From the NCBI GenBank assembly GCA_029856125.1, contig JAHQWJ010000107.1:1-64000 (forward strand): a stretch of DNA of 64,000 bases, in the 5' to 3' direction. The notes beneath the pieces were generated by a model, which had not been told where the DNA came from, searched no databases, and saw only the letters and a program-made list of their open reading frames with translations. The position numbers and the translations under genes were made by a program. This document shows, piece by piece, positions 29,187 to 38,505 of the stretch. This stretch comes from Promethearchaeia archaeon (GTDB lineage: Archaea; Asgardarchaeota; Lokiarchaeia; Sigyniarchaeales; SOKP01). Numbering within the stretch: position 1 is the first letter of the stretch; every line of letters starts with the position of its first letter.

Positions 29187-30890
29187 TTATGAAGTTCTAA
29201 CCCTCAGATGCGAGGCACGACTAGTGACAACATCAACTACCGTAGGTTTATCACTTTTAAAACCTTTTTCAAGGGCAGGTCGAAGATCATCTAGTTCTTC
29301 AACACGAATTCCTTCCACACCCATTGAATTTGCGATATCGGCAAAATTTGTTTCAGGGTACTCTGCAAGAGGTCTACTTTTTCTAGAAAAGAAATCTCGT
29401 ACATTTCCTAAGCTTTGATTGTTAAACACTACGTACATGAGAGGTATGTTATATTGCTTCACAGTTTCAAAGTTATAAAGAGACATCATCATACCGCCAT
29501 CTCCAACCGCACTGACAACTTTTCCCTGCTTATTTAGCAGTTGAGCGGCCACCGAAGCACTGGGACCCCAAGCCATTCCAGCCGCACCACCAGGACCGAT
29601 TACCTGTCCGGCTTTTTTAGATTTGAACATTTTACAGAACCATATTCTGTTGTTCCCGGCATCCAAAACAAGCAGATCTTCTTCTCTAATTAGTTCATTG
29701 AGTTCTTTTACGATCCTTTCAGGTTCTATAGGTACTTTAGTTGAATCATACCATTTATTGGTGAAAAACTCATTTTCGGTTTTAGCCTTTAATTCCAGTA
29801 TGGTTGAAATCCTCTTTTGTACATCAATTTGTGGATTTTTTGCCTTAATAGTGTTAATTATCGCCCTTAAACCTAATTTTGCATCCGAAGTTGCACCTAG
29901 AGTTGCCGGATATGTCCAGGCTGCATTGCGGGGTTCAATATCAATATGGAGTAGTTTCTGATTTTCAACATCAATAAATTTTTTACTACAATCATTAGTA
30001 TTATCGGGAGCAAGGCAAGTTCCTACGGCAAGAATGGTATCTGCCTTACCTATAAGATCTGTAGCTAACTTCTGTCCCCGACCGGCCATCACACCTAAAG
30101 CGAGGTCGTGAGTTTCTGCAATACTACTTTTTCCCATATAACTTGTAGCAACGGGCATTCCGATCAGTTCGGCAAGTTCTTGTACTTCTTCATAAGCACT
30201 TGAAACATGAATTCCCCTCCCGCATATTAAGACAGGGTTCTCTGCGTTGATTAAATAATCTACCATCTTCTCAGCATCAGATTTTGCTATGCTTGGTGGA
30301 CTCACGCTAAGATATCCTTTTGTTGGATATATTGGTGGATCTAAACCGGCGGGATCATCAATAAATCCTCCAATGGAAGTCATTTTGGTGATTACTGCAG
30401 CTGGACCCGGTCTTCCAGAAATTGCGTGTTTTATCGCAATTTGCACACCGTAAACGACGTCTTTAGGTGAGGTTGCAAATGTAGTAAATTTTGTCATCGA
30501 ACGAAACATATTTGGCAGATCAACGGAACCATATGCCCCCGATCCGCATTGATATGGACCGCGAAGACTCAAGTTGCTCCAATCTGAAACATCTGTTATT
30601 ATCAGCATCGGAGAGCCAGCAAGAAAGGCTTCAACTATACCGAATGCTCCATTAGTGCCTATCCATAATCCTTGACCTAATAAAAGACCAGGTTTTTTAG
30701 TAATCCTTCCGTAAATATCTGCCATCGCAGAAGCACCACCTTCGTGACGGGTGACGATTACATTAATTTTATCACTGTGTTGATAGAGCGCTTCTATTAG
30801 AAATTGAGTATAACCCCCCGGTAAACAAAAAGCGTGGTCTATTCCTGCTTGAGTGATTGCCTTAACAACTAAATCTATAACTCTTGGCAT
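29187..30890 (-). CDS. Thiamine pyrophosphate-binding enzyme, acetolactate synthase large subunit-like
   Basis: TRHEGGAS, GRPGP, GDGG..NN TPP motif. Confidence 0.85.
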   Translation of the reverse strand: MPRVIDLVVKAITQAGIDHAFCLPGGYTQFLIEALYQHSDKINVIVTRHEGGASAMADIYGRITKKPGLLLGQGLWIGTNGAFGIVEAFLAGSPMLIITDVSDWSNLSLRGPYQCGSGAYGSVDLPNMFRSMTKFTTFATSPKDVVYGVQIAIKHAISGRPGPAAVITKMTSIGGFIDDPAGLDPPIYPTKGYLSVSPPSIAKSDAEKMVDYLINAENPVLICGRGIHVSSAYEEVQELAELIGMPVATSYMGKSSIAETHDLALGVMAGRGQKLATDLIGKADTILAVGTCLAPDNTNDCSKKFIDVENQKLLHIDIEPRNAAWTYPATLGATSDAKLGLRAIINTIKAKNPQIDVQKRISTILELKAKTENEFFTNKWYDSTKVPIEPERIVKELNELIREEDLLVLDAGNNRIWFCKMFKSKKAGQVIGPGGAAGMAWGPSASVAAQLLNKQGKVVSAVGDGGMMMSLYNFETVKQYNIPLMYVVFNNQSLGNVRDFFSRKSRPLAEYPETNFADIANSMGVEGIRVEELDDLRPALEKGFKSDKPTVVDVVTSRASHLRVRTS

Positions 30891-31007
30891 CTTATAATTT
30901 CCTTTTATTCTAATTAGATTTAATTATATTTTAAGTCATTTGAATTTATAATTATTCTTATATTAGATTTTTTAATTCAGAAGAGAATACCAATTATAAG
31001 AGATTAA

Positions 31008-31352
31008 TTAAATATAAGAGGAGATATCTTCAAATTTGATCTTATAAATCTCACTCCAAGTATCAAACTCTTCTTGTGTCAATAAATGAAATTCAAACGG
31101 ATGACTAAGCGGTAATCCCGATTTTTCTTCTATGTTGGCAATTATTTCTGCTCTTTTTAAATGTTTTTTAGGGACTTCTGCAATAATTAGAATATCGATA
31201 TCACTAGCAGCTACTAAATTTCCTTCAAGTATGCTCCCAAAAAGATATATTTGAGATTCTTTTAAAACAAGTTTAATGTTCTTGTTGATTATTTTCAAGT
31301 ATTTCCTATGATTTTTAATCATTTCTTTTGTTTTAATCAATAAATCTAACAT
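31008..31352 (-). CDS. Minimal nucleotidyltransferase (MNT) antitoxin
   Basis: IYLFGS..SDIDILII; overlaps the HEPN gene by 20 nt. Confidence 0.85.
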   Translation of the reverse strand: MLDLLIKTKEMIKNHRKYLKIINKNIKLVLKESQIYLFGSILEGNLVAASDIDILIIAEVPKKHLKRAEIIANIEEKSGLPLSHPFEFHLLTQEEFDTWSEIYKIKFEDISSYI

Positions 31353-31716
31353 TTTCTACAATTTTTTTTATTTCTTCAGCAATTTTTATAGCTTCTTCAG
31401 CATCTTCTTTCTCATAAGTAAAATTAAAATATCGAGAATTCAGGTAAGCACTTTCAAGAAATAGTAGAGCTTTTCTATCATATTTAAACTCATCATACTC
31501 TGTTAACTCATATAATAATGCAAATAATTTTCTAACCGAATGAGTTTTGGGTAATTCTCCTCCTTTTTCAAGGATGATGGCTTTTGTTATAAGTTGAACA
31601 GATTGCTCTGCCATAAAACATGTTAAATCCCAATCTTCTTTTTGAAATCTCTCTTTCGCTCCATCTAAAAAGTTTTTAGCACGTTTTAGAAAAAGCTCTA
31701 CTTCATCTTTATGCAT
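31333..31716 (-). CDS. HEPN domain protein (toxin of HEPN-MNT pair)
   Basis: FMAEQSVQLITKA, PKTHSVRKL, AYLNSRY, DAEEAI. Confidence 0.85.
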   Translation of the reverse strand: MHKDEVELFLKRAKNFLDGAKERFQKEDWDLTCFMAEQSVQLITKAIILEKGGELPKTHSVRKLFALLYELTEYDEFKYDRKALLFLESAYLNSRYFNFTYEKEDAEEAIKIAEEIKKIVENVRFID

Positions 31717-31939
31717 ATATAATAAGATTATTTTCTAACTATATAATTTTACTTCAGTATCTAAGGTTAAAGATTATTATACCTATAAAAAAAAACGCTA
31801 GAAGAAGAAAAATTAACCCTCTTTTTTTTAAGGAAAAAATGGTAAAATTGACTATATATAATCATAAAACTTAAATTAATTACTTATCTCTCTAATAAAA
31901 CCTAATTTTGAACTCAAATTTATAAAAAAGTGAAGACCT

Positions 31940-33196
31940 ATTCATACAACAGCACCAGATCAAGACAAGAAGTTCGATAATCGCCTATTAATCATTTTCC
32001 TGATTCAATTTACTGAGATTTTAGGATTCAGTAGTGTGATGCCCATTATCCCATTTTTAGGGGTATCTTTAGGTTTGAATGAGTTTCAAGTTGGTTTAAT
32101 TCTAAGCATTTTTAGCATGTGTCAACTTTTCGCTAGTCCAATCACTGGCAAACTTAGTGATAGATATGGAAGAAAACCGTTGCTTCTATTCAGTCAAACA
32201 AGCACACTAATAGGATTTTTTCTCCTTGGAATAGCAAATAATGTCTGGATATTAGTTGCAGCTCGTCTTGTAGACGGTCTTCTTGGAAGCAATATGACCG
32301 TTGCACAAGCGTATATTAGTGATGTGACAAATCCAAAATACCGAACTAAAACATTTGGTTATTCAAGCGCGGTTTTTGGTGCTGGTTTAATATTTGGGCC
32401 TGTAATTGGTGGAATATTATCAACAATCAACTATTCGGTTCCCATGTTTTTTGCTGCTGGAGTTAGCCTTCTTTCTATAATATTAGTACTATTGTTTTTA
32501 CCCGAATCATTAAATAAAGAAGAGAGAGAAAATAAATTGGATTTTAAGTTCGGTGATATAATTCCTATTAAGGAAACTAAACGATTCTTTAAATCTGCCA
32601 AAATTCGGGGCACTTTAGTGGTTTTCTTCCTCTATACACTCGCATTTTTTATATTTATTACAACATTTGCTCTTTTTGCCAAAAAACAAATCAATGTTAC
32701 TGTCCAAGAGCTTAGTTTTTATATGGCTTGGATTGGAATTCTTAGGGTCATTTTTCAAAGTGTGCTCATCAATCCATTATTGAAGAAGTTAAGTGAAAAT
32801 ACAACTCTGAAATTAGGTGTCATTGCTATGATTTTCACAATGACATTTCTGATTTTTGCCAATAACTACTGGATCGTATATATTCCCCTTAGTTTTTTAG
32901 CATTTGGATCAGGTGTAATTCGCCCCATTCTTACAAGTAAATTAACAAAAACTGTTAAACGAGAAGAAACTGGAAGTTTAATGGGTGTAAATAACGCGTT
33001 AATCAGTATTGGTCAAATAATAACTCCTATTCTTGGTGGGTTAATCTTAATATTTCTACCTTCCCAAATGCTTCCATTCTTTTCAGCTGTTGTATTCGCG
33101 CTCATATTTCTTGTGTGGCGTTGGGCATTTGTCAAACCATTTCAAAGCGAAAAACAACAATCAGTAGAGTCAAAGGAACAAATTATTAATTTATAA
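31940..33196 (+). CDS. MFS drug:H+ antiporter (TetA/DHA1-like); start probably upstream of the track start at 32036
   Basis: GKLSDRYGRKP motif A, ARLVDG, GLIFGPVIGG motif C; TM1 (RLLIIFLIQFTEILGF) is encoded in frame upstream of 32036. Confidence 0.8.
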   Translation: MHTTAPDQDKKFDNRLLIIFLIQFTEILGFSSVMPIIPFLGVSLGLNEFQVGLILSIFSMCQLFASPITGKLSDRYGRKPLLLFSQTSTLIGFFLLGIANNVWILVAARLVDGLLGSNMTVAQAYISDVTNPKYRTKTFGYSSAVFGAGLIFGPVIGGILSTINYSVPMFFAAGVSLLSIILVLLFLPESLNKEERENKLDFKFGDIIPIKETKRFFKSAKIRGTLVVFFLYTLAFFIFITTFALFAKKQINVTVQELSFYMAWIGILRVIFQSVLINPLLKKLSENTTLKLGVIAMIFTMTFLIFANNYWIVYIPLSFLAFGSGVIRPILTSKLTKTVKREETGSLMGVNNALISIGQIITPILGGLILIFLPSQMLPFFSAVVFALIFLVWRWAFVKPFQSEKQQSVESKEQIINL

Positions 33197-33444
33197 TTGA
33201 TCTAATTTTAGTTTTCAATTCTCCATAATATCACCATAATATCAAGGTAATATTGGTATATATACATTTAATCGTGAAACTCAGCTTTCACGAAGAAAAA
33301 AAAAAACTAAGTCAAAACCTACTTTGTCTTATCATTTGAATACTTTTTATAGAACAAATGAGAGAAATTTAAGTAGTTAGAATTCTATGAAATCTTTAAT
33401 AGTATTTAACTACTAAAAAAATATTTCCAAAATGGTCGAAACCT

Positions 33445-34410
33445 ATGGCAATACAAATAACTAAAATGATTATGCACGGCATTCTAAGCGCTGTTCTCTA
33501 CATTGCCTTACCTTTGATTCTCTTTGAAGTAATCTCTATGATGGGCCTTATGACTTTTACTCAAGAGTTTAAAACGACTATCATAATAATAGGGATTATA
33601 GGTGTTGTTTTTTCAATGCTAAGCCACGCATTTCCTAAGGACACATCAGCAAATCGCCTTATAGCATTCGGATCAACTATTTATTCTGGTATATATTTGT
33701 TTTATCTTTTCGGTGGCTTTACGCCGGGAGTTCAATTAGGAAATTATTCAATAAATGTGCCTCCTATTCAAGTACTTCTAGGTTTGCAGGTAATTGCTTG
33801 GTTATTGTTAGGTTCTTCAGGATTAAGAGCGTTAAAGTATTTAATCGAAGCAATTGAGTTACGGAAGAATAAGGAATATCGCGTAAAAAAGAAATTTAAA
33901 CTTAGTAAATTTTTTAAAGTATTAGGGACGATACTCGGGCTAATTATATTTGGGTATCTTGGTAGCATCGCTTACAGCGGGATGAACCTAGGTTTTCATT
34001 TTCATCCCACTTTTGATGTAGATCACGATGCAGGCGTTCTACCTCTTGATCCGATTGATGATACCGTTAACATCACTATTACTTTTGATCTCAACAACCA
34101 AGGATTTTACGCGATTTATGATGTTTATATTGACGCAGAATTTCGTACATTGACTAGCGCGAATGAGTCAGCACTCCCTGTAGGTGTTAAAGTAGGAGGA
34201 GCATCAAATGCCTATTTTAGTACGTTTCATTCCTTCACAAATAATACCAATAATAACATAACGCTTGTAATGGACCCAACTTATATGGTAGGATTAGCTA
34301 CTACAGATGCAACTTTAGCGCTGAAAATCTCATTTGCTACACTTTATGCTGCAATACTCATTAATTTGAATATAACAATAAACGATATCCCATGGACCGC
34401 ATTAATCTAA
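33445..34410 (+). CDS. Hypothetical membrane protein with C-terminal beta-rich extracellular domain
   Basis: About 5 TM helices followed by an Asn/Thr-rich beta-strand region. Confidence 0.6.
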   Translation: MAIQITKMIMHGILSAVLYIALPLILFEVISMMGLMTFTQEFKTTIIIIGIIGVVFSMLSHAFPKDTSANRLIAFGSTIYSGIYLFYLFGGFTPGVQLGNYSINVPPIQVLLGLQVIAWLLLGSSGLRALKYLIEAIELRKNKEYRVKKKFKLSKFFKVLGTILGLIIFGYLGSIAYSGMNLGFHFHPTFDVDHDAGVLPLDPIDDTVNITITFDLNNQGFYAIYDVYIDAEFRTLTSANESALPVGVKVGGASNAYFSTFHSFTNNTNNNITLVMDPTYMVGLATTDATLALKISFATLYAAILINLNITINDIPWTALI

Positions 34411-34521
34411 TTTCTTAAATTTTCTATTTCTTTTTTTTTATTCGTATTACCTCATCAAATCGTATTCTTTCTTAGAGAATTAATATTTTTTAGCCAATCA
34501 CTTTAAATTTGAAATCATTTT

Positions 34522-35040
34522 ATGAATAATATGAACGAAGAACCGCCAAGGCCTAGTGGATTACCAGCGGGTTCTATAGCACCTATCTTTGATACTCAAG
34601 ACATCTACGGAAAAAAAATGAATTTAGAAAGCTTGCTTGAAGAATACGACGGAGTGTTGATTGATTTCTTTAGAGGAAACTGGTGAAGTCATTGCAAAAA
34701 ACATTTAACGCTACTAACCGAAAAAATATCTGAATTTGAGAAAAGGAATATTAAACTTATGTCAATAGCAAGCGATAGCGAAAGACTTTTAAAGAAATTT
34801 AAGGAAGAAAATAATTTTGCTGTTGATATGATCTCTGATCGTGGAGCTAAAATCGCAAAAGAATACGATGTTTACTGGTTTGCTCCCGGTGGAGGAGGAA
34901 CTTTAAATGTTAAACAAGCGGTGCCAAGCAAGTTTCTGATAAACAAGGACAGAAAAATCTTATGGACATACATAGGCAAAGATAAAACCGACAGGCCTTC
35001 TATAAAAATGATGACAGACATCATAGACGAAAAAATTTAG
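34522..35040 (+). CDS. Peroxiredoxin-like (AhpC/TSA) selenoprotein with UxxC motif
   Basis: From ATG 34522 or 34531: ..GLPAGSIAPIFDTQDIYGKKMNL..VLIDFFRGNW-U-SHC-KKHL.., continuing in frame into ORF 34759..35040; TGA at 34684-34686. Confidence 0.92.
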
Positions 35041-35043
35041 TCC

Positions 35044-35110
35044 CCCATAAGAATGAATCGTGAGTGAAAATTTTAGACTCCCGACGACGAACCTAGCAAG
35101 GTTTCATGGG
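35044..35110 (+). promoter_or_regulatory. Eukaryote-like SECIS element 2
   Basis: CCCAU-AAGA-AUGA-A-UCGUGAGU-[GAAAAUUUUAG]-ACUCCCGA-C-GA-CG-AACCU-AGCA-AGGUU-UC-AUGGG; 7 of 8 bp in upper helix; starts 3 nt after the stop and is followed by a U-tract. Confidence 0.88.
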
Positions 35111-35145
35111 TTTTTATTTTTTAGAAAAAAAAAGATAAGAAGTAA

Positions 35146-35958
35146 TTAGTAAGTATAAAATCCTTTCTTCGTTTTTTGTCCAAGAACGCCACTATCAACT
35201 AGATCTTTTAAAGCTTGAGGAGGTTTATCATCTTCTAGACCACTATTTTTATAGTAGGACATTTCAATATGATAAACCACGTCCAACCCGATTTGATCCA
35301 TAAATTCGAAGGGACTTAAACCCATATTCACGAATATTTTCCACGCTTTATCAACTTCTTCTAAATCAGCAAATCCCCCTGCCCAGATTTTCAAGCATTC
35401 TTTCTTAATAGCACGCCATACTCTATTAAACACAAACCCATAGCATTCCTTTTTAACTATTAGAGGTGTTATGTCAATATTCTCAACCCATTTTTTACCT
35501 TTTTCGAAAGTCTCATCGCTGGTTTTGGTCCCTCTCATGATGTCTGCCATTGGCATAGTAAAAAGGTCATAAAAATGGATATTTAACAATTTGTCTTTTC
35601 GAGTTACCACATCCTCTAATTTAGAGACTGGTATTGAGGAACTATTCGTCGCAATAATAGCATTAGGTTGAGCTGCTTCGTCAATTAGCTTAAAGATTTC
35701 TCTTTTTAATTCTAATAATTCTGGAACTGCTTCGATAATTAAGTCTGCGTCTTTTACAGCGTCTTCAATGGTTTCATGTGAAGTTATTTCTTCTGGTGTT
35801 TTTTTCATTTTCTTTAATTTTTTAGAGAATTTTTCTAAATCTTCTACATTTGTATCGTAAAGACGTATTGTATATTCTTTTAATGCTGTCTTCTCAGCTA
35901 TTTGTTTACCTAAATAGCCAGTGCCTATTATAGAAATAATTTTTATACCTTCGCTCAT
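35146..35958 (-). CDS. 3-hydroxyacyl-CoA dehydrogenase family protein
   Basis: IIGTGYLG, IEAVPE, ATNSSS, HF, GFVFNR, MDQIGLD, LGQKTKKGFY. Confidence 0.88.
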   Translation of the reverse strand: MSEGIKIISIIGTGYLGKQIAEKTALKEYTIRLYDTNVEDLEKFSKKLKKMKKTPEEITSHETIEDAVKDADLIIEAVPELLELKREIFKLIDEAAQPNAIIATNSSSIPVSKLEDVVTRKDKLLNIHFYDLFTMPMADIMRGTKTSDETFEKGKKWVENIDITPLIVKKECYGFVFNRVWRAIKKECLKIWAGGFADLEEVDKAWKIFVNMGLSPFEFMDQIGLDVVYHIEMSYYKNSGLEDDKPPQALKDLVDSGVLGQKTKKGFYTY

Positions 35959-36051
35959 TGATAATCATTATTTAAATTTATTTTGATAATTTTATTTTGA
36001 ACGAGATCATATAATAATTTAATTAAACTAAAATTGAACTTGTGATTTAGA

Positions 36052-36999
36052 TTGATAGAAATACACGATTTGGAAAGTATCTTAATAATTGGAGCAGGTA
36101 CTATGGGACATTCAATAGCCCAAGTATACGCTCAAGCTGGTTTTGAAGTAGATCTCGTCGATACAGATAAAAAGAAACTTGATCACGCTCTAAAATTAAT
36201 TAAAGCAAACCTTGATGTTTTAGCAGAATTTAATAGGGTAAAAATGGAAGAGATTCCTTCAATTATCTCAAGGATTCACCCTAAAACTAACATTAAAGAG
36301 GCTGCAAGCGACAAACTTTTTGTATTGGAAGCAGTAAATGAAGTTGTAGAACTAAAAAAGAAAATTTTTGACCAATTATCCGAATTTTGTCCTGAGAATG
36401 CAATTCTCGCAAGTAATACCTCCTCTTTAGATATCTTTCAAATTACTAGAGGTGTAAAAAATAGAAGTCGAGTAATAGCTCATCATTGGTTTTCGCCACC
36501 GCATATAATCCCAGTTGTAGAAGTAGTACCAGGTAGAAAAACATCCCAAGAAGTTGTAGATTTTTCTGTTAATTTAATTCAAAAAATAGGAAAAAAACCA
36601 ATTATAATTAAGAAATTTATTCCCTCATATATAGTAAACCGTATTCAAAATGCATTATATAGCGCTATGTATGAATTATTAGCTAGGAAAATAGCAACAC
36701 CAGAACAAATTGATCTTGCGATTAAATCGACTTTAGGTATTAGATTACCAATTGTGGGTATTGCACAATCTCAAGACTTTACTGGACTTGATTTAGTATT
36801 AGATATTATAAAATCTAAAGGAGGAACCTTAGGTTTAATCCAAGATAAAGTAGATAAAAATCATCTTGGAGCTAAAACTGGGAAAGGGTTTTACGATTAT
36901 TATGGAAAAAGCGAGGAAGAGATATTGAAAAAGCGAGACAGACTTTATTTGCGCCAACTTGAATTTCTTGACAAATTAACTTCTTTTAAACGTATTTAA
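36052..36999 (+). CDS. 3-hydroxyacyl-CoA dehydrogenase family protein (divergently transcribed paralog)
   Basis: IIGAGTMG, LEAVNE, ASNTSS, HWFSPP, YIVNR, LGAKTGKGFY. Confidence 0.9.
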   Translation: MIEIHDLESILIIGAGTMGHSIAQVYAQAGFEVDLVDTDKKKLDHALKLIKANLDVLAEFNRVKMEEIPSIISRIHPKTNIKEAASDKLFVLEAVNEVVELKKKIFDQLSEFCPENAILASNTSSLDIFQITRGVKNRSRVIAHHWFSPPHIIPVVEVVPGRKTSQEVVDFSVNLIQKIGKKPIIIKKFIPSYIVNRIQNALYSAMYELLARKIATPEQIDLAIKSTLGIRLPIVGIAQSQDFTGLDLVLDIIKSKGGTLGLIQDKVDKNHLGAKTGKGFYDYYGKSEEEILKKRDRLYLRQLEFLDKLTSFKRI

Positions 37000-37203
37000 T
37001 ATCTTGTTTAAGTAGCTGTTAGTTTTAATGAATCCTCGAAAAAATTTCGATAAATAACCCTCTACAAATATGTCTAATTGCTCCATAAGTATATATTCAA
37101 GTTTATATCCAATAAATTATAATCAAAAAGATACAAAAATTTATTTTGAAAATCTAATTTTGAACTAAAGAAAATATGAACTCTTCAAGGAGTTTAGATT
37201 AAA

Positions 37204-38496
37204 ATGGTGGAAAAAAAATTAGCTTGGTATGAAGCGACAATAATTAAAGATATGATGGGATTAATGGGTGGCAGAGCTTTAAGAGGAGGTATGTCAACCT
37301 ATATATCATCTAAAATCTATCAAGGAAAAGCATCATTACTTCGAGTAGCTAACTTGTTAGAGGCAACAATAGATCTAGAAGAAAGACGAGCGCTGATCAT
37401 AACGGATTCTTTTACTCAAAAATTTACCAAATATATAACAAAATACCTTGATAATATCAAAATGGAATATAAAATATGGTCTGGTGCAGAGCCAGAAGTA
37501 CCTATTTCGACTATTTACGAAGGAGCTAAGATTTGCGAGGAATTTAAACCACAAGTGTTAATTGCGATAGGAGGCGGTAGTGTAATGGATACAACAAAGA
37601 TGGTAATGGTCATATATGAAAAACCGGAAGTAAACCTTTTCATGATATTACCTTATTTTGGCTGTGTAGGATTACGAAAGAAATTCAAATATTTTATAGC
37701 GATCCCCACAACATCTGGGACTGGTTCAGAGGTAACTCAAGTTGCTGTAATTACTGACACTGATCGAGACCCTCCAAAAAAGCTTGAAGTGCTAAGCGAT
37801 GAGTTGGCTGCAGACATTACAATATTATTTACGGATTTTGTGAAGGATATGCCTCCATTTCTGACTATGGCTACAGGTTTGGATGCTTTTTCTCATGCTA
37901 TTGGAAGTTTTGTATCGAATTGGGGTAGCCCATATGTAGATGCAATGAATTCAACTGCGATAAAAGAAATACTAAAATACCTACCGCGCGCATATAAATA
38001 CGGTGCGAAAGATATCGAAGCGAGGGAACACATGCAGATGGCTTCGCTGATGGCGGGAGTAGGATTTGGCAATACCGCACCCGGAATAGACCATTCGTTA
38101 GGACATAGTTTTGGCAAAATTTTCAATGTTCATCATGGGCTTAGTGTAGGCTTATTCACGGTTTATTCCATTGCATTTCAAGCAAAAATAACTGACCGGT
38201 GGAAATTATTGTGTCCTATTTTCAATATACAAGAAGAAAACAAGAGTCGAAAAGAATTACTTACTGAATTTCTTCAAGCTGTACGAGATTTTATTGTATC
38301 TCTTGACGCACCAATACGCGTAAAAGATATGAAGGATCCTGTAATTACTCAAGAAGAATACAATGACAAACTTGATTTATTAACTAACTATGCTGCTGAC
38401 GATGCTGTGGCTCTGACCTCTTTTCGAACGATGAGTGAAAAACTATTCAAGACCATTTTTGAATATGCCTGGGATGGGCAAGATATAGATTTTTGA
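37204..38496 (+). CDS. Iron-containing alcohol dehydrogenase
   Basis: AIGGGSVMD, IPTTSGTGSEVT, GLDAFSHA, HSLGH..HHG. Confidence 0.9.
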   Translation: MVEKKLAWYEATIIKDMMGLMGGRALRGGMSTYISSKIYQGKASLLRVANLLEATIDLEERRALIITDSFTQKFTKYITKYLDNIKMEYKIWSGAEPEVPISTIYEGAKICEEFKPQVLIAIGGGSVMDTTKMVMVIYEKPEVNLFMILPYFGCVGLRKKFKYFIAIPTTSGTGSEVTQVAVITDTDRDPPKKLEVLSDELAADITILFTDFVKDMPPFLTMATGLDAFSHAIGSFVSNWGSPYVDAMNSTAIKEILKYLPRAYKYGAKDIEAREHMQMASLMAGVGFGNTAPGIDHSLGHSFGKIFNVHHGLSVGLFTVYSIAFQAKITDRWKLLCPIFNIQEENKSRKELLTEFLQAVRDFIVSLDAPIRVKDMKDPVITQEEYNDKLDLLTNYAADDAVALTSFRTMSEKLFKTIFEYAWDGQDIDF

Positions 38497-38505
38497 GGGA
38501 AAAAA

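Noticed and set aside
34759-35040. ORF-track 93-aa protein (and likewise 46900..47199, 5511..5828, 4161..5495) as independent genes
   Set aside because: They are fragments of Sec read-through genes
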